Positions 60,502-64,000 of a stretch of 64,000 bases of DNA are shown piece by piece. Position 1 is the first letter of the stretch. The number at the start of each line of letters is the position of its first letter. Location of the stretch: the NCBI GenBank assembly GCA_010405405.1, contig MU004238.1, forward strand, positions 1,623,530 to 1,687,529. Direction: 5' to 3'. A program made the translations under genes and the position numbers. The DNA is from Microthyrium microscopicum. Taxonomy: Eukaryota. The notes under the pieces are model-generated. The model was not told the origin of the DNA, ran no database searches, and saw nothing but the letters and a program-made list of their open reading frames with translations.

Positions 60502-61352
60502 ATGGGAGCTGTCTCGGAGATCTTAAGATTTGTTCTTCCAAGAACAACCTCCTCCAATGCTGCCTTCAGTGAAGTTCGGCGTCTCGTAGCAGCCAATGGA
60601 CTTGGTACTTCTCAGTATTTCGGGTACATTATGGAGGATGAGGGGTTTCCTCGACCAAAAGCTGAAAATTTCATGTGCTGGTATATCGGTATGCTTGACA
60701 TAATGCTTATTGGTTGTATACTTAACCTAAAGTCATGGTTAGAATGGCCTAACAATTCCTCATTTCGAAACAATGAGGAATTTAGATCAAAGCTCGTAAA
60801 GCTCTCTGTCAAAGAGCCCCGATTGCTTCGGTTTCAATTTCAGGAGACCAAATCAAATGAGCTTACAAGAGCGTTGGAGTCCAGCGCCTGTCAGTTTGTG
60901 AGCGCTTCTTCCAATCTTTCCAATTGAATGGTCCACTGATGACGAGTTACTCTCAGGCAGTCATCAACCTAGCCCAGAATGCGCCACGAGGTCGTCGTGA
61001 CTTCGAGAAATCTATGGAGAAGACATTCACGGATTGCTACTTCGCTGAAGGGTTCGAAGGTGGAGGATGGGGTTATGCTCAAAACACTAATGATGCAGAT
61101 GGAGAAGAAATGAATACCAGCGATAGCACACTACCAGATGACAAACGTATGCTGGCGTACTATATGATCGGATGGAAAAGCCTTGCTGTAACTACATTCC
61201 ATGTTCCAACAGCTTTTCTAGAGCTAATAATATCTCAGGATCACCATGCGTATGCCAAAACGGAGCTTTATGACGAAGAGATTGATAAGTTGATGCCATA
61301 TTTTGGGCCTGGGACCGGAGCCTTCTATGTCAAATTTGAAAAACACGAATGA
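60502..61352 (+). CDS. hypothetical fungal protein (4 exons)
   Basis: Three plausible GT-AG introns link the two ORFs. YYMIGWKSL..H..Y..TE resembles dimeric alpha-beta barrel proteins (weak). Confidence 0.6.
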
Positions 61353-61544
61353 CGCAACAGGAAAATCATCATCTGGTACTAGTAGAGAAGCAATTGAAGG
61401 AATAGCTTGATATTTCGGGCGAAACAAGATCCCAATTTTGCAAAGAAGCCGTGATACATGAAAGGGACGCTGTATGCCATGAATTGACTCGATTGGAACC
61501 CAAACAGGAAGACAAACATTGCAACCCCAAGATGGATGCTCCTA

Positions 61545-64000
61545 CTACAGCCGGAAAGATGTTTCTGGTGCATACACCAGCATTTCGACAACATTGACAA
61601 GCTCATTCAACTTGCTATCCACGAACTCACTGCATGCTTGTTCGCCTTGAATCCCCAAAACCACTTTCCCTGCTTCGACATAAGAGACGATTTTCCAAGG
61701 ATTCGGCTTTTCGGAATGTGGAATTTGATAATCTACCTGCGCAGTAGTATCTCCTAAAGCCATGGTGTCGAAATAGTCGACCTCTTGGTGATGAACGATT
61801 GATGAGAAATCGGTGTCTTGCGACCATTCAGGACATAGGTTTCTGATACTCTTCAAGCCAATGATTTCGTGCTGTAAATCATCCACCCTGCTTTGCTGTA
61901 CAGCTAAAAGTAGTGAAGAATGGGATTTGAGGTTCTTCAACTCAACCCGGACTGGTACAATACCATAGCAAGGACCAGCGACCTGCTCAATTTCGGGAAG
62001 AGGCACGCTTCTTCCGTTGACAACAGCACCGAACACTACGTCGTGGAGACCCTGCGAGCGTGCGAGTACGATGGCCCAGGCGACAGTGAGAATGGTAGCT
62101 AAAGTGAAGTTTCCAGGGTTTGAGGGAACAGAGCAGGCTTTTGTAAGGAAAACAGTCCCAGCCGCGGCACTGGATCCACCAAGCTTGTCAAGCACTGTCA
62201 TTTGTGAACCATTAAGTTTTTGTTTCCAATAGGATTGAGCAGCTTGCTTTGATTCGCCGTTGATATAGTGCATATATCTGGAAAATGGGATGGATTGAGG
62301 TAAGATTGCTCCGCCATATGTCGTATTAATATGACGAACCAATTCTGACAGCGAAACTCCATCGTACTGGGCGTGAGATATCCTGAACACCAGTGCCTGT
62401 TTGGATGGGCCGCGGATGAAGAAGAACCTGAGAAAGCTAGAGCCCAAGGCAAATTCAGACTCGATATCGGCCTTGCAGAGCTTATTGCAGTAATTGGCGA
62501 CATCTTCTTTCGTTTCATGCTTTTCTCTGGGAGCTTCTAGATTTTGCAGCACAACTTGAAGGTACGAACCTTCATTTTTCACAAAGACTGTCCGCAAAAT
62601 CTCATAATGATCGACAAGGTCATCGCATGCCTTTGCTAGTCGGGCCAGATCGATAGAGTGGTCGAAGTAAAATATGTTGTACTGGACTGAACTACGCGGT
62701 CGACGAATTGTCGCATTGATATCCATGTCTTGAGTGTCGGATACCGGCAGAGCATCAGCAATATCCCAATTGTGGTTCTCCAGTAATGAAAGGATTTTGG
62801 TTTCGGCAAACTTTGTTGAATTGGAGAGCTTAAGCAAAGAGAATGGTATTATTTTCGCCTTCGGTAATTCCTCTTCCGAAGATAAGCTGGTAAGACCCAA
62901 GGCCATTTCTCTGAAATGCATTCGACGGAAAATATCGGCGACACTCAAACTATAGCCAGAAGCCCGTACAATAGAAACAAGCTTCATCGCTATTATGGAG
63001 TCTCCACCTATTTGGAAAAAGCTATCATTGGGCTTGAAGTCCTTAGATTCTAGACGAAGAACTTTCTGCCACGCTCGACGAAGAACTGCCTCTTTTTCCG
63101 ACTCCGGAGCTTGTGAAGTCGATTTTTCATTCATGTGCATCCTTTGATCATCATCAGGCTCTTGAGCCACTGCCTTCTCTATTGACCGACCCTGGTTAAT
63201 GATAATAATAGAGCCATCATTGTCGTATCTCGCCAACGCTCCTGTTTTGGAGAGACGACCAGATCGCCCAGATATTGCGCCATGTCCTTTGATGAGCCAT
63301 GACGGGTCTTGAATGGTATTTGTGGACTTAATAGGGCCTTCCAGATGTAGTTCACCAACGAAACCAATTGGGGCAAGCTTTTCATTGTCAGAAAGATGCG
63401 TGATCCACGGCACAACAACTTTCGAAAGTCGGGATTCCTCCTTGGAATTCAAAGTTGAAACGACTATGTCGTTCGTCGCTTCATCCAGTCTAGCAGGAGG
63501 TATGGCATTCCAGCTCCAGATTTGAGAAAGATCTGCATGAGACATCAAACTGACATCATGAATCAGACTATCGTGTGACCCCAAGAGTTGTTGTGTGGCA
63601 ATCTCAAACTTATCCAAGATACGCTCCATTGATTTAACAGAAATGAGGCCAGAGTCGAAGCTGGCATGTACTACAATGTCCGTTGAGCGCAAAGCACAGG
63701 CTATCATCAACGGATAAGAATTGAACTCTATGGCCTCTTCGGCAGGATCACCTCCTTTCGCAAGGAATATATTCGAACTTGGAATAATTTCATCGTCAGA
63801 TGCAGGCTCGAAAGGCTGGATAACGAATCCTGTTTTGATCTCACAGGCAAGCTGCAAATCCGAACTCAAGCGGCGAATATATTGTAACCCAGTATGCTCA
63901 TGTGGTATTCTTGTAATAGCCTCAGTATGAATGTTATGTAGATAATGGCTGCACGAAATTGCAGGATCAACAGATATCTTGACTGGCACTGTCGTAATCA
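61545..64000 (-). CDS. NRPS 3' part: end of C, degenerate A, T, terminal C; SidD/NPS6-type extracellular siderophore synthetase (5' end outside window)
   Basis: ITTVPVKI (C), APIGFVGELHLEGP and KTG..ARY (A remnant), DSFFQIGGDSI (T), ISHAQYDG (C); frame open to the window edge. Confidence 0.85.
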   Translation of the reverse strand, partial: ITTVPVKISVDPAISCSHYLHNIHTEAITRIPHEHTGLQYIRRLSSDLQLACEIKTGFVIQPFEPASDDEIIPSSNIFLAKGGDPAEEAIEFNSYPLMIACALRSTDIVVHASFDSGLISVKSMERILDKFEIATQQLLGSHDSLIHDVSLMSHADLSQIWSWNAIPPARLDEATNDIVVSTLNSKEESRLSKVVVPWITHLSDNEKLAPIGFVGELHLEGPIKSTNTIQDPSWLIKGHGAISGRSGRLSKTGALARYDNDGSIIIINQGRSIEKAVAQEPDDDQRMHMNEKSTSQAPESEKEAVLRRAWQKVLRLESKDFKPNDSFFQIGGDSIIAMKLVSIVRASGYSLSVADIFRRMHFREMALGLTSLSSEEELPKAKIIPFSLLKLSNSTKFAETKILSLLENHNWDIADALPVSDTQDMDINATIRRPRSSVQYNIFYFDHSIDLARLAKACDDLVDHYEILRTVFVKNEGSYLQVVLQNLEAPREKHETKEDVANYCNKLCKADIESEFALGSSFLRFFFIRGPSKQALVFRISHAQYDGVSLSELVRHINTTYGGAILPQSIPFSRYMHYINGESKQAAQSYWKQKLNGSQMTVLDKLGGSSAAAGTVFLTKACSVPSNPGNFTLATILTVAWAIVLARSQGLHDVVFGAVVNGRSVPLPEIEQVAGPCYGIVPVRVELKNLKSHSSLLLAVQQSRVDDLQHEIIGLKSIRNLCPEWSQDTDFSSIVHHQEVDYFDTMALGDTTAQVDYQIPHSEKPNPWKIVSYVEAGKVVLGIQGEQACSEFVDSKLNELVNVVEMLVYAPETSFRL

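Overview
Gene-dense window from a filamentous ascomycete genome. It has spliceosomal GT-AG introns with CTRAC branch sites and a RIP-mutated transposon; cutinases, a PTH11-like receptor and a siderophore NRPS suggest a plant-associated lifestyle. Housekeeping genes include PEX11C-like, a RhoGAP, TIM9, MRT4, MDM10, MED9, cmkB, UTP4, NOP7, EXO1, MTM1 and an HRT3/Pof7-type F-box. The best candidate for an undescribed system is a divergent two-gene pair at 24912-27444. One gene, largely missed by the ORF track, has 3 coding exons and encodes a 222-aa secreted precursor with 12 Kex2-delimited units: nine F[VLI]TW cores and three Tyr...Trp units. The other encodes a membrane-anchored twin-HxxHC (DUF3328/UstYa-like) oxidase. 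Together they look like a minimal dikaritin-type fungal RiPP cluster with a core I do not recognise. Also notable: a GH43 whose catalytic acid Glu is replaced by Ala, an intron-containing gene derived from a copia protease-like domain, two pseudogenes, a 3.4-kb RIP-inactivated pogo/Fot1 transposon with 75-bp TIRs, and the 3' part of a SidD/NPS6-type NRPS. All family calls are from motif recognition by eye; no database searches were run.
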